Program-made: the position numbers and the translations under genes
NCBI GenBank assembly: GCA_028534125.1
Contig: CM052817.1
Location: forward strand, 47,742,001 to 47,806,000
Length of the DNA: 64,000 nucleotides
Direction of reading: 5' to 3'
Origin: Lama glama
Lineage: Eukaryota
In this document: piece by piece, positions 25,233 to 36,780 of the stretch
Layout of the letters: each line of letters begins with the position of its first letter
How positions within the stretch are numbered: the stretch's first letter is position 1
Notes under the pieces: generated by a model
What the model saw: only the letters and a program-made list of their open reading frames with translations
What the model was told of the DNA's origin: nothing
Databases searched by the model: none

Positions 25233-25290
25233 ATAATTGACTAAAATATAAACCACCATACAAACCACCAATACTTTAAAGTCCTGTACC
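25233..25290 (-). repeat. Arm C (reverse-complement partner of arm A, with an internal ~12 bp duplication)
   Basis: atacaaaccaccaatactttaaagtcctgtacc; tandem 'tataaaccacca/tacaaaccacca'. Confidence 0.9.
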
Positions 25291-25377
25291 AAGCGGTGCA
25301 TGTAGCATGTAGACTGCACACATTAAAGAGTAGAAAAATGAATAAAAGTAAATAAATGCCTCAATTAAATATATAAA

Positions 25378-25678
25378 CAAATATTTTCTCCCATTCCACA
25401 GGTTGTCTTTTAATTTTACTTATAGTTTCCTTTGCTGTGCAAAAGCTTATAAGTTTAATTGGGTCCCATTTGTATTTTTCCCCTTTTATTTCTATTGCCT
25501 GGGTAGACTGACCTATGAGAACGTTGCTAAGACTTATGTCAGATAATGATTTGCTATGTTTTCCTCTAAGAGATTTTTAGTGTCTTATCTTATGTTAAGT
25601 CTTTAAGCCATTTTGAGTTTGTTTTTGTGTATGGTGTGAGGGAGTGTTCTAACTTCATTGATCTACATGGAGCTGTCC
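25378..25678 (-). mobile_element. Internal L1 ORF2 fragment without poly-A
   Basis: 'aatattttctcccattcc…tcctttgctgtgcaaaagcttataagtttaatt…ttttgagtttgtttttgtgtatggtgtgag'. Confidence 0.88.
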
Positions 25679-25794
25679 ACTACTAATCTACTAAGTATCA
25701 TTAACAGATTTTGACTAATTCATTTATATCTCTACAAGTTTATATATGGAAGTAGACAAACAAGAAATCAATATGTTTGAACATATAAATATTT

Positions 25795-25937
25795 GTAAAT
25801 ATTTATTCAATGTCTCTTTTCCACAAAAAATAAGATTATCTGGGGAGGTGTATCTGTTTTATTAAGATACCATATCCCAGTTCCAATCACAGTGCCTAGT
25901 ATGTAGTGGGTCCTTCATACATATTAGCTGACTGAAT
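25795..25937 (+). mobile_element. L2 3' terminus
   Basis: 'tatcccagttccaatcacagtgcctagtatgtagtgggtccttcatacatattagctgactgaat'. Confidence 0.75.
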
Positions 25938-25969
25938 TACAAAGTTAGTAATGTATCAAAGCAGATTAA

Positions 25970-26097
25970 CTGCCCACATTTTACAGATTAAGACATAGGA
26001 ACTGGACAATTTAAATCACTTACCAGTGATTTTGAGGCTAGAAAGTGGTCTGGGATAGGTCAAACCAACATTAAGCTCTAAGCTGTTTCCACTACAA
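25970..26097 (-). mobile_element. MIR SINE
   Basis: 'cccacattttacagattaagacatagg…ttaaatcacttacca…gctgtttccactac'. Confidence 0.65.
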
Positions 26098-26428
26098 TGT
26101 GATCTTGTTGCTAGAGTGTCATTTGAAAAATGCAATTAAGAATACATCTTTTCTTATTATCTTCAAATTTGGTAAAATGTAATTGCAGTCATAATACTCT
26201 GACATGGAATAAAAATTTGAATGACCTTATAAATTGGAGCAGAAAATGCACTTGATAGTAGAGCTGACTAACGCAGGACTTCCGTAGTTCCACCTATCAT
26301 TCACTAAACCTGCCTGGTGGTATTTGAGTGTTTTGTTTGTTTGTTTAGCAAAGACTATTAGAAGAAATTATATTTTCATCTCTTTGTTAAGTATTTTCTT
26401 TCCAAAAGATTAGGAGGTGGGATGATGA

Positions 26429-26820
26429 CTTTATAGACTGAATGTTTGAGTTCCCCCCTGCAAAAAAAAAAAAATTCTTATTTTGAAGCCCTAACCTCCA
26501 ACGTGATGGTATTTGGAAGTGGAGACTCTGAGGGATGATTAGGTTTAGATGAGGTCATGCGTGTATGGCCCCCATGATGGGATCGGTGTCCTTATACAAA
26601 GAGGCAGAGAGACCAGAATACATGCACACACACACTGTCATGTGAGGCTATAACTCATAGGCAACCAACTGTACACAGAAACAGAGCTCTCACCAGAAAC
26701 TGAACACTGCTGGACCTTGATCTGGGGCTTTACAGCCTCTGGAACTATGAGAAAAAACATTTTTGTCCTTTAAGCTACCCCATCTACGTTATTTTATAGC
26801 TGCCCGAGCTGACTAGTACA
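26429..26820 (+). mobile_element. MLT1A-type MaLR solo LTR
   Basis: 'tatagactgaatgtttg…gaagccctaacctccaacgtgatggtatttgga…ctcaccagaaac…gcccgagctgactagtaca'; 5 bp TSD gatga/ggtga. Confidence 0.9.
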
Positions 26821-27195
26821 GGTGAAAAAAGGAAACTTCAGAGAAATGCATATTATAAACGTGCTTTTCATATTTACTTTCACTATTCTGCTCAGGCTCA
26901 ACATCTTATGTAATTTTTTTCTTAATGTGTTTCCATCATTGTGCCATTTTAACCCAACAATATTCTCTAATTTTGTATTCTAACGGATTACGTAACATTT
27001 TAACTTGTATCCCACTGGTATCTCTTTGGGTTTGAAGTGAATATAGGAGTAACCCTGTTTTCCTTTCACACACTGACATATATAACTATTTTCTCAAACA
27101 TTAAAGATGATTACATTGCAGAAAATGACTAGTTGTACTGTATTTCCACTGAAGCTTTAAGGAGAGTAAAGGGAATTATATGGTAACATAATATA

Positions 27196-27417
27196 CACTC
27201 AACAATTGAACAACATAGGTTAGAAAAGCATGGGTTCACTTATACACGGATTTTTTTTTCAATAAATACGTACTACAGTACTATATGATCCCAGGTGGTT
27301 TGATTCCAACAGATGTGAAACTGTGGGTATGGAGGGTCAACTGTAAAGTTATACTTGGATTTTCAACTGTACAGAGGGTCGTTGCCCCTAATCTTGGAGT
27401 TGTTCAAGGGTCAACTA
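27196..27417 (-). mobile_element. MER8/Tigger2-type MITE
   Basis: Reverse-oriented relative of 10650-10885; ends 'gttgttcaagggtcaacta' with TA flanks. Confidence 0.88.
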
Positions 27418-28069
27418 TATTTAGATAGACACTACAAGAGTAAAATAACATGATAAAGTTTGGGAGGGGAGTATTCTGTATTGCAAATCTCTAACTAGCA
27501 TGTATGAAGGCTTTCAGATTATTTAGGTGAAGACTACATGGAGGGAGAGGAGGGATAAAAATGATTATTTTAAATGTAATTATTAGATTTATATTATATA
27601 TATTATATTAATTATTATTTATTCTTATCACCCCAAATAAGTAGTAATGGAATAATCTCTCTCATTACTCATGCTTAAAGTTTCTTTTTATAAATTTAGT
27701 AAAATCAAATTTTTATGAATATTTGACTTTTAATAAATTAAGAGTTAATTTTGTAGAAAAGATCATTCTGTTAGTACTTATGGAAGTATATATTTTTAAT
27801 CAGACAAGTTTTTTCTCTACGTTTTCTTTTTTAGTAAATAGAAAGCCACATAATGACATATGTGATCCAGACCATGGATGGGTATCAGAGTGAAAATAAT
27901 TGATGCTGTGCCATTTCTTCTTGTTTATTTATTTGCTATCAATATGGCCAATTCATTACTCACTCACCAACTTACAAGTAGCTCTTTTTATAGGCTTTAG
28001 TCTTATGACATGAGAATTATTTTCTCTTTGGTACCTCTGGAACCTGACAGATTAATGATAAGAATAGTG

Positions 28070-28245
28070 ATTATAATCAGCAGCTATTATTTGTTGAGGA
28101 TTTCCCTAGTCCAGACACTAAGAACTATCTCATTTTAACCTCACAACAGCCCTGTAGTAATTATTATCAGGATGGTTCCATTACTAAGTTTATATGGCTA
28201 AAACGTGGAGAAGACGTTTGTATCCAGGGCTATGCTACTCCAAGG
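28070..28245 (-). mobile_element. MIR SINE (decayed)
   Basis: 'ttgttgaggatttccctagtccagacactaagaactatctcattttaacctcacaacagccctgt'. Confidence 0.65.
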
Positions 28246-31026
28246 CTAACATGCCCCCCAGTGACATCATGGGTAAATATCAACTGCGGCACAAGAGCAC
28301 CACAGATTATGGTTTAACAAAAGCAGAAAATATAGAACCTGATACTGAATAAGGAAAAAAACATGGTACACATTTACCTGGAAACACAGACAAATCTCTC
28401 CATCAACAATACATACCTTTATCAGTTGAGAATTTACATGAACATTGTTACCAGATCCATTTTTGACCCAAATTCAAATTGACTTCATTATTTTCTAGAT
28501 TAAAGAGCATTCTGGAATTCTTCCTTCAAGCACTAAAATTCTGTAAGATGGCTCTGTCATTTTATTTTCCAAAGGAAACAAACTAGATATATAATGAAAG
28601 TGTCTTCTTAACTTAATCGTAATCCGAGACATGTAAATACACATAAATTAGTTAAAAGCTCATAAGCATGCCCTAGTGCCTGCTCAGTTTACCATACTTA
28701 TGAATATGCACACGCTTAATTTATTTCTGAATCCTCCCAAGATGCACAATAGAAGCATGAAATTTCAAATAAGGCAATTTGATAAACTTCGTGTTTAACA
28801 GATGTACACTTTAAGATATAAAAAGATTACTCATTAACTAGTTCAGGGAGCATGTAAGAAATTAGAGCATCTGCAACACCTTCTTAGAATTTTCTTTTCT
28901 TAAACTGTTTAAAATGATCTGAATATGAATCATCAAATTTTAATTTAAATGGGGAGTTTGAATGCAGATATCCTACAGCATTGTGAAGCTACCTTATCGG
29001 TAACTTTGAGTTCATTTGCATAGTACGTCTTTGGCCCCTTGTTAAGTAAGAGCGAGAAAGAAGAAATGTATCCATTTGTCAAAGGCTGAGATAGGAAGGA
29101 TCTCAGGGATCTGCCCAAATTCAAAGAATTCATTAGGACTGTTCACATCCCTGATGAAATCTAGTAAGTTATGTTATTCATCAGAACTTTTATTTTAGGT
29201 GAACCCGTGTCTTTGAACAGAGAAGGCCTTTAAGTGGGAATGCATTAGAAAAAGAGAATAAGAGTTAGAATCTGTCTTCCCAAAGCCACACTCCAGCCCT
29301 AAAATATCAGGTTGGTAAATGCCATAAGAAACCCAGATCTAAAATCTTTTTAGAAATAAAGATGATTTTCTATTTTCTCCATAGGCATTATGTTAAAGAT
29401 AAAAAATGAGAAGAAATCTTTGGTAACTAGAGGTTCACGGAGATAGAAATTCCAAAGTAGGTTTTGGTCTTAGAGAGTAATATTTTTCAAACTGTCCTCA
29501 ATGTTCTGCAACTCTGTTTTGGCCAGCAACTCTGTAACTAAGTGGATCAAAGTCTATCTTTATGTTTGAGTCACTATTTTTACTTTACCTGAACCTCACA
29601 TTCTGACATCAATACCCATAAGACTATGTACCTTCCCCAGGCCAGATATACATAAGTTTCCCTCTAAACCAGCCATTTTCCCAGCCCAAGCTCAGAAACA
29701 CCCCAAGTTAACATCTTCAAGCATCCAGGAATGGGACAGTGTCTTCTATGGTGCCGTTACATTCAATGGTATGATAATCCCTAAATTTAGAACCCAAAAG
29801 CCCTTTCCAGCCAACTCAACACACTCAATTCATCTGCCTTTCTAAGATTTCAAATGGAAGGGAATCTTTCTAGTTAATGTCTCCAAAGGCCAAAACTGGT
29901 ACATTTCCCAAACTTGGATTCAGGTCATTAGTTCTCAGAGAATTCCCATGATACTTTGCATTATTCAAAGATAAAATATTAACAGTTATAATAGTAATAA
30001 ATTCATCCTTGTCCTCTTCTCCCCTTTGCTTAGCTTAAGAGCCAGGGTTGTTCTTGGACCTCACCACTGAGAGTCCTCAACTTTTCATCTTGAACTCCCT
30101 TCACTCCCCACAAAAAGTTTCTGTGTTGGCCATAGAACATATCCAATGTCCTGAGATGACTTAGATTAATAGTTTTTTTTTAATGTGTTTATGGTTTCAA
30201 GGAGTTAGAAGAGGTTTCTTAGAAGTAACTCAGGATCCATTAAAAAAAAAAAAAAAGAAAAGAAAATTGGAGATTTTTATGCTCTCCGCTCTATACTGGG
30301 CCAGAAGAGTACTGCTCTTCTGCATGGTAAGTTTTATACTGTGTACGGAGAAAGCACAGCTAGAGAAAAACTTCGAAACCATAGCCTTAGATAATTGACA
30401 TCCTGGAATTAGGACATAAAAGGAATCCTAAATTTGCTCCAAGTTACCAAGTCAAGTTAGGCTTTGGGGGAAGACAAATATTATGGGGTATTTCCTCATA
30501 ATATTTATATCTTAAGACACATAAAATAGGCTTAGTTTAGAACTAATCATACTTTTGTTATCTACCTGCTGATTTTCTGAAAAACAAACAAACAAAAAAC
30601 CACCTTAGGAGGAATGGAAACCAAAACAAAACGGTAACTTTTTTTTTTTAAGGAGAAGCTGTGTATATGCCTCATTTAACTTAATAAAATTTTATAAGGC
30701 GTGTGGAGTTTTGCCATTCCTACTCAAAAAACAAAGAGCCATGCCAAGGGTGATTCAATCTAGTATCCTTTTTCCTGCGAGGAAGGTAGAAATGGGTCAC
30801 CTTCATATTATATGCTCCAACCTGCAAGAAATCTCATTCATTATCTCAGAACAAAAATGTGCCTTCCTTTTCTCTTTAAACAATCTAACTAAATTTTAAT
30901 GCTTTTATCCTTAGAAGTAACTGATATACAACCAAAGTTACACTGTGGAGGAAATGGTCTTCAAGAAGTTCACGGTCTAAACTGATGACACAATCACCAT
31001 ATATGGTGAGGAAAGTTTTTGAAAGT

Positions 31027-31061
31027 TTTTAAATTACATGAAAAAAACATGTAATTTAAAA
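31027..31061. repeat. Perfect 14 bp inverted repeat with an A7 spacer
   Basis: ttttaaattacatg-aaaaaaa-catgtaatttaaaa. Confidence 0.9.
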
Positions 31062-31287
31062 GAACAAGAGTAAAGTAAGATGAAAACATTCTAGATGAAC
31101 CAGGCTTACGAACTTAGAAGAAAAGGGGAAGTATTCTATTACAAATACTCCAGATTCAAGAGAATTCCTATTTTATATATTCTGCATTTATCTGTAACTT
31201 TTCACAGTCTGTCCTATTAATTCAAGAATTCCTAATTCCAATGATTAAATGATTATTTGGTTTACTTTTATCAAGGTAGTAGTAAGG

Positions 31288-32014
31288 CAGAGTCTCCAAT
31301 ATGGGCCTAAGGACACTTGGAGGTATGAAGGCATAATTTTAGCAACCTTGGTTTTCTCTGAAAACTTTCAAATGTTTGAATTGCTGAGATAATCCAGAAA
31401 TTAAAAGAAACATATTCTGAAGCAAGTAGGTGACCCACAGATTACTGAGGATTTCAGTCCCTGGGTTTGCATTTGCTTTTATAGTTAAGGTAGTGGCGAT
31501 TAACTTCTTTAATTTGCCCAGGCTGATAAGAAAAAACAGAGGACTTTTACCACATTAAAGATATAACCCTACTCTATCTCCCAAGTGAAAGGTAACTGAC
31601 CTCCACAGTAGTTAAAAATAGGAAATAGTGGAAGAACTGAGATATCACAAGGCATGTATTAGAAGAGGCATGAACTCAGCATGAACATGCTGAACTCAAG
31701 ACATAATAGCAAACACATTTAATTTCAGCAAAACAGTGTCATGTATCATATCAAGTTTGTATTATTAATTTGTCCTTTTTGGTTTTATAGACATTGTTTA
31801 TAGTTAATTTGTAAATTTGTTTTGATTTTATGGCTTTGTCAAATTTATAAAAGAATTTTAATTCTATATTTGTTTCACACTTAAATAAATTACAACAAAA
31901 ATAGTTCCTTGCTGTCTGCAGTAGGTCTTAATTTAATAAGTGAATAAAATCAATTGTGCAGATTCATGAACACTTTAAAGAAGTTCATTCATTAGTCAAG
32001 CTTGAGAAACACCA
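31288..32014 (+). mobile_element. Probable ancient hAT-Charlie relic
   Basis: Ends 'cagagtctccaat' and 'gcttgagaaacacc' resemble Charlie TIRs (cagtgtttctcaa). 'atttcagcaaaacagtgtcatgtatca' (ISAKQCHVS) resembles the Charlie transposase C-terminus. Confidence 0.45.
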
Positions 32015-32342
32015 TTATAGGTGGATATCTTCTCATGCAGAATAGAGCATTTTAACCTTTATTTATTGCCATAAATATAAGATGAAATTTCTTCTAAATA
32101 CCATAGTGCATAAAAAAGTTAAGTTGCAGCATTCAGCTATAAATTAATATGTGACACTGACTTTGTGATAATCAAAACAGTATAGGAAGACTTGCCTTGA
32201 CATTTATTTTGAGATTCTGTGCAGTTATGCTGAACTTGAGGGTAGCAGCATTCTGTGTGAAATTAAATTCAGTTCAGAACTATTGAATGCTTGCATGTGC
32301 TAGTCGGTGAAAATTCAACAATAAAGATACCCTCTAGGGGAT

Positions 32343-32383
32343 ACACATGTTAAGAGGACACACATGTTAAGAGGACACACATG
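32343..32383. repeat. 17 bp tandem duplication
   Basis: acacatgttaagaggac x2 plus a partial copy. Confidence 0.9.
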
Positions 32384-32719
32384 GAAACAGAAAACACATG
32401 AAAATCTGCTGAGGAACATTAAGATCAGAGAAACCAGAAATGCTATGCTTAGGGTATCTATGACGAAAGTAATCACAGGAAGGTCACGTACATGTGGCCC
32501 CTACTCAAACGTGATCCATCACCAAAGACTTCCCATGAAAGTTGACATCTGAATTGATTTCTGAAGCATACATGTAGTAATTAGTTAGACAAAGGCAGTT
32601 AGAATTGAATGCATGCATTTAAAAGGACTCCTAAGCAAGGAAGCAGTCTTCACAGAGGTTTACCATGAAGGTAGTATGTACTTCCTAAATATACGTATGG
32701 TTAGTAATTTTCCTAAATT

Positions 32720-33350
32720 TTGAAATATTTTCAACCTTTATGGCTTCTAATACTGCATTCCTTATTCTGTTTTCTCCTTCTATGGGTTCTGTTTGATATT
32801 TGTTGGGTTTTCTCATTCTGTTTTCCCCTTTGCAAAACTTCTTTCATGTTTCCCATCATTCTACAGATCTGTGTGACGTTATGTGTAATTGCCTTAGTTC
32901 TATATCCCAAGGGACTAATTTGTTCCTCGGCTGTATTTACTTAATCTGCCCACTATATGTGGATGCCTTTTTTTTTTCCCCATACATTTTTTTAATTTCT
33001 AAGAGTAGATTTGGTTCTTTATCAAAATAAGCTCTTTTTAAAACATAATATTCTTTCACCATGGTTTTCATGAGTATTTATCATTTTAAAATAATTATGT
33101 TTAAATTTATTACCACCTCTACAAGATTGCTCTATTACCTTAGAGTCTTGCAGGAGAGGGGATTAGTTTATGCTGCAAATACTATCTGTAATACTGGGGT
33201 AGTTTTCTATATTTCATTTGTACTTTTTTAATTGCGAGTTTATTTCAGTGTAAAAATGTCTCCTTTTATGACAGTCCTCTTACCCCGAGTTGTGAGAAAT
33301 ATTCCTACAGGGTGATTTTGTGTTTGTTTTTATGTAGATCACTGTGAAAT
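32720..33350 (-). mobile_element. Very old L1 (ORF1/5' region) fragment
   Basis: T-rich antisense ORF1-like text 'tttttaatttctaagagtagatttggttctttatcaaaat'. Confidence 0.5.
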
Positions 33351-33384
33351 TTCACTGTCAATTATACTGAGATTTTAATGTCTC

Positions 33385-33881
33385 CCTGGAGGTAAGAAAA
33401 ATATGAAAGGTCACCCACAAAAGCATGAGACACATACAGACATCATATTCTTTTCATCCCAATACTGTATGTTGAAAGAAAAGCAGACAATGTCTTTAAA
33501 ATTTTGAGGGAAAGCTATCTTGAACATAAAATTCTTCATATAAAAGCAAAATAAAAATATGACTCAAAATTTACTGCAAGTTTCACCCTCCTGAAGAATT
33601 TTCTTGCAAGTAGACTCCCATAAAACTGTAACAAAAAAAAAAAAGAAGAAAATATGTAGGCAATAAGAAACAGTGGCATGAAACCAGGAATTCCCATGAG
33701 AAGAAAAATTTTGCTAGGATAAGAGTTTCTTAGCAGTTATAGAAAGCTATATCCAAATTAGAACAGATGTTCAATGAGTTCCAGGAAAGCCTTCAAGCAA
33801 AAGGATGGGATATAGTTAAAGTAATAGTTGTCAATAGTAAAGAGATGGATGGTATTATAGATATAGAGAAAAAAACATTTC
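33385..33881 (+). mobile_element. Old L1ME/HAL1-like ORF1 3' fragment
   Basis: 'caatgtctttaaaattttgagggaaagctatcttgaacataaaattc…caccctcctgaagaattttcttgcaagtagactcc'. Confidence 0.55.
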
Positions 33882-33885
33882 CTGT

Positions 33886-34529
33886 GGAGACAGGAGAGAA
33901 GTTGGCAGGGCACAACCACTGAAGGAGTGACACAGAAATTGAGGGCAGGATAAACTTGTTAGATCCAACATGGCAGAAGTTTCAACATCCAGTAGATCTT
34001 GAGCCTCATGGTACACTTACAGGCACCATGACAGTTCCCATGCTGACCATAATAGGTCCAAAAGTGGACAGGGGCCCAATTCCTGAAAAACCCCTGCCCC
34101 TTCCCCAAAATAGTTGGAATAATCCTACTTGTTAGTATATGAAATTATTGAGCCCATAAAATCTAACAACCCTGCTCTCTCTCTTGTCTTCTGAGATGGC
34201 CTGCACTGTTTATGGAGTATTTGTCTCCTAAGCCACTCTCCCTTCTGAGCAAGATGTCCAGCACTCTGCCTATGGAGTGTGTATCTACTTTTACTTTAGA
34301 GCACCCAACCACCACACCTCATGGCCTTTCTCTTGCCTTCTGAAACAGCCTGCACTCTGTCTGTGGAGAATGTATCTCTCTGAATAAATCTACCTTTACT
34401 CAACTGTGGCTCACTCTTGAATTCTTTCCTGTGGGAAGCTAAGGACCCACACTTGGTGGGGCAAATCCCAGGGACTCAACCAAGACCTGAGACACAGTCA
34501 TCCTCTTGCCCCACTTTTTTCCTGCGTCA
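33886..34529 (+). mobile_element. MER41-like ERV1 solo LTR
   Basis: 'caccatgacagtt', 'gccccttccccaaaatagttggaataatcc', 'gcactctgcctatggagt', AATAAA, 'cttgaattctttcctgtgggaagctaaggacc', ends 'ctgcgtca'; 4 bp TSD ctgt (33882-33885 / 34530-34533). Confidence 0.85.
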
Positions 34530-34619
34530 CTGTCAAAAGAGAAAAAGCTGGTAAGAAATGCCAAGAAACAGAACTGAATAAAGTAAAGGGAACGGGGTGG
34601 GGGAAAGAAGGAAAGCACT

Positions 34620-34900
34620 TAGAAGTTACTGGAGAGGATAATGGCCTGAATTAGGGGAGTGGCATATATACCAGGAAGAATGCAAAAAACTGAAGAGATG
34701 TCAAGGAGATGACATCAAAAGATCCTACTGACCAATTGAACGTAGGGAAGATGGTAGAGTGATAGAAAAGGAGTTAAGGATTATGTCAAAGTTTCTGTTT
34801 TAAACAACTAGAGAGGATAATTTCATTCACTGAGATAAAGAATATAAAAAGAACACTGAGGGAGAAAATATATAGCTGAGATTTGCTGGCATATAAGTGG
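34620..34900 (-). mobile_element. L2 fragment
   Basis: 'ggagttaaggattatgtcaaagtttctgttttaaacaactagagagg…cattcactgagataaagaata'. Confidence 0.65.
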
Positions 34901-35854
34901 TCATTGGAGCCACTTGGCAGCCATGGTAGTCACCTTTTATTGGCCCTGTCATTCATTGCTCAAATCAAAAATAATTAACAGTCCACAAAATAAATCAGGG
35001 CAGTGAGTAGAAAAGTCACATGCATCTGAGATTTTACAATGAGTGATCAGCATTCTGTATTTCGTTCCAAAGATGAGAATAAGTTGGTATGTGTGTTAAT
35101 TTTTCTTCTCTGAGAATTTAAAATATATATTTCCTCTTTTGTCATGGGGGCTGGAAGAACTAAAATGAATGTTCAAATATAACATTTATGGTTATTCTAA
35201 TATCCTACACCTGTATGACAGACTACTTTTATACTTTATTTTTAAAAACTCAGTGATAAGTTATATAAGAAATTGGGCTATATGTAACAAATTTAAACTG
35301 TGGGTAGGAAAAGAATCCTTAAAAGAGTCAATTACTCTAATATGCAAATATTTGTTCATTCAGAAAATAAATTGCTGTTCTTTCTAAAGCAACAATTCAC
35401 ATTCTGACAAAAGAAAGCATCTCTTTCTTCTTAGTCCATTATTATGAAATGTCACTCTAAATATTGTCATGAAGAGCTGGAGACAAAAATAGGAAATGAA
35501 AATCTTCTTTGGATCTTCCTCAAGCTTTTAAGGGATTAGCTTATTGACTCCTGCAGGATCCTGTTAGGAGTTTTGGCTGGTTCTCCCAGATGTGTATACA
35601 AACATGGTTTTGGTAACTTCCTGGGACAACCTGACAATACTGGCTCCTTCTCTTGTCATGTTCAGGTATAAAGATAGACATGCCTGAAAACTGCCGTGTG
35701 AATGGGAATTTTCCATCTATGCAAGGGCATTACTGGATATCTTTCTAAACTAGAAGAAGAAAGATCAACTCCACAATATTTTCTATTCACAGACTACTTT
35801 ATTTTTAAAGTGATCCATTCAATTATCTACTTAAACAGTAGGACCTATGTGTCT

Positions 35855-36000
35855 ACAGCAGGAGCACTGAGATCAGAAAGTACTGATTTGAATCCTAGTT
35901 TGGCCACTGGCTGGCTGTGAAATTCAAAGTAAGTATCTTGAGTTCTCTGAGCACAAGGTTCAACACCCATAAAATATAAGGTAGCTACTACAGCATTCCT
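35855..36000 (+). mobile_element. MIR SINE
   Basis: 'gagcactgagatcagaaag…tttgaatcctagtttggccactggctggctgtga…ttctctgagc'. Confidence 0.75.
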
Positions 36001-36619
36001 GGCATAACCTGAATTAACTCTCAAGCTCAACTTTTATTCCAGAATCAGTGCCAGATAGATTAATGAGTACAATTTTTTGTTTGTTTATGTGTTGTTTTTT
36101 TGTCTTTACCTTGGTAATGTCTGGTACATTTATTTATTCACTTGTGAATTACTCTCCATTGCCCTCCTCTCCTTCCTGCCTCTATCAGAAGTATATTTTA
36201 TTAAAATTAAATTTGTTCCTCCTTCAATGGACTCAGCTTTGAGGTTAAATGATTTTAAATGGACCACCCCAAATCACACATAATCATATTCTTATGGCTT
36301 CACTTCTGGAATGAGCTTAGGAAACTTATGTGGGAAGAATCTAATATTTTGGACTTAGTTTGTCAGGGTTTAATAGCCAATAAGATTAATATTCTTGTTT
36401 GGCTTGCACAGTGGCTCTAAATTCAATTCAAAGAACATCAAGCACATTATGAGCAACTGAGTAAGTGCTATAAAGTGTGTAAGAGTTCATGGTGAGTACA
36501 TTATATAATATTTATGAGATCTGTGTGTGTGTGTGGTGTTTATAAAGCCTCAGTGCTTCATAATAGAAGAAATTTGCATGACACTTAAAATATATATATA
36601 TGTATATCTGTACCTATCT

Positions 36620-36780
36620 ATGCCTCACAACAATCCTATACAGTTTTATCATAAGTAAAATTAGGAAATACAGAAGTTCAGGGAGTTCAATTTTTCAACA
36701 CATATGTGGAGAAGTCAGGGCCTAACCTGGATGCCCTAACTAGACATTCTAATTCCAACTCCCATGCTGTTTCTACCTAA
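36620..36780 (-). mobile_element. MIR SINE (decayed)
   Basis: 'cctcacaacaatcctat…aggaaatacagaagttcagggagtt…cccatgctgtttctac'. Confidence 0.6.

Noticed and set aside
32343..32383. Short repeats as CRISPR-like arrays (also 45489-45533 and 58546-58585)
   Set aside because: Simple slippage duplications without unique spacers, in mammalian DNA.
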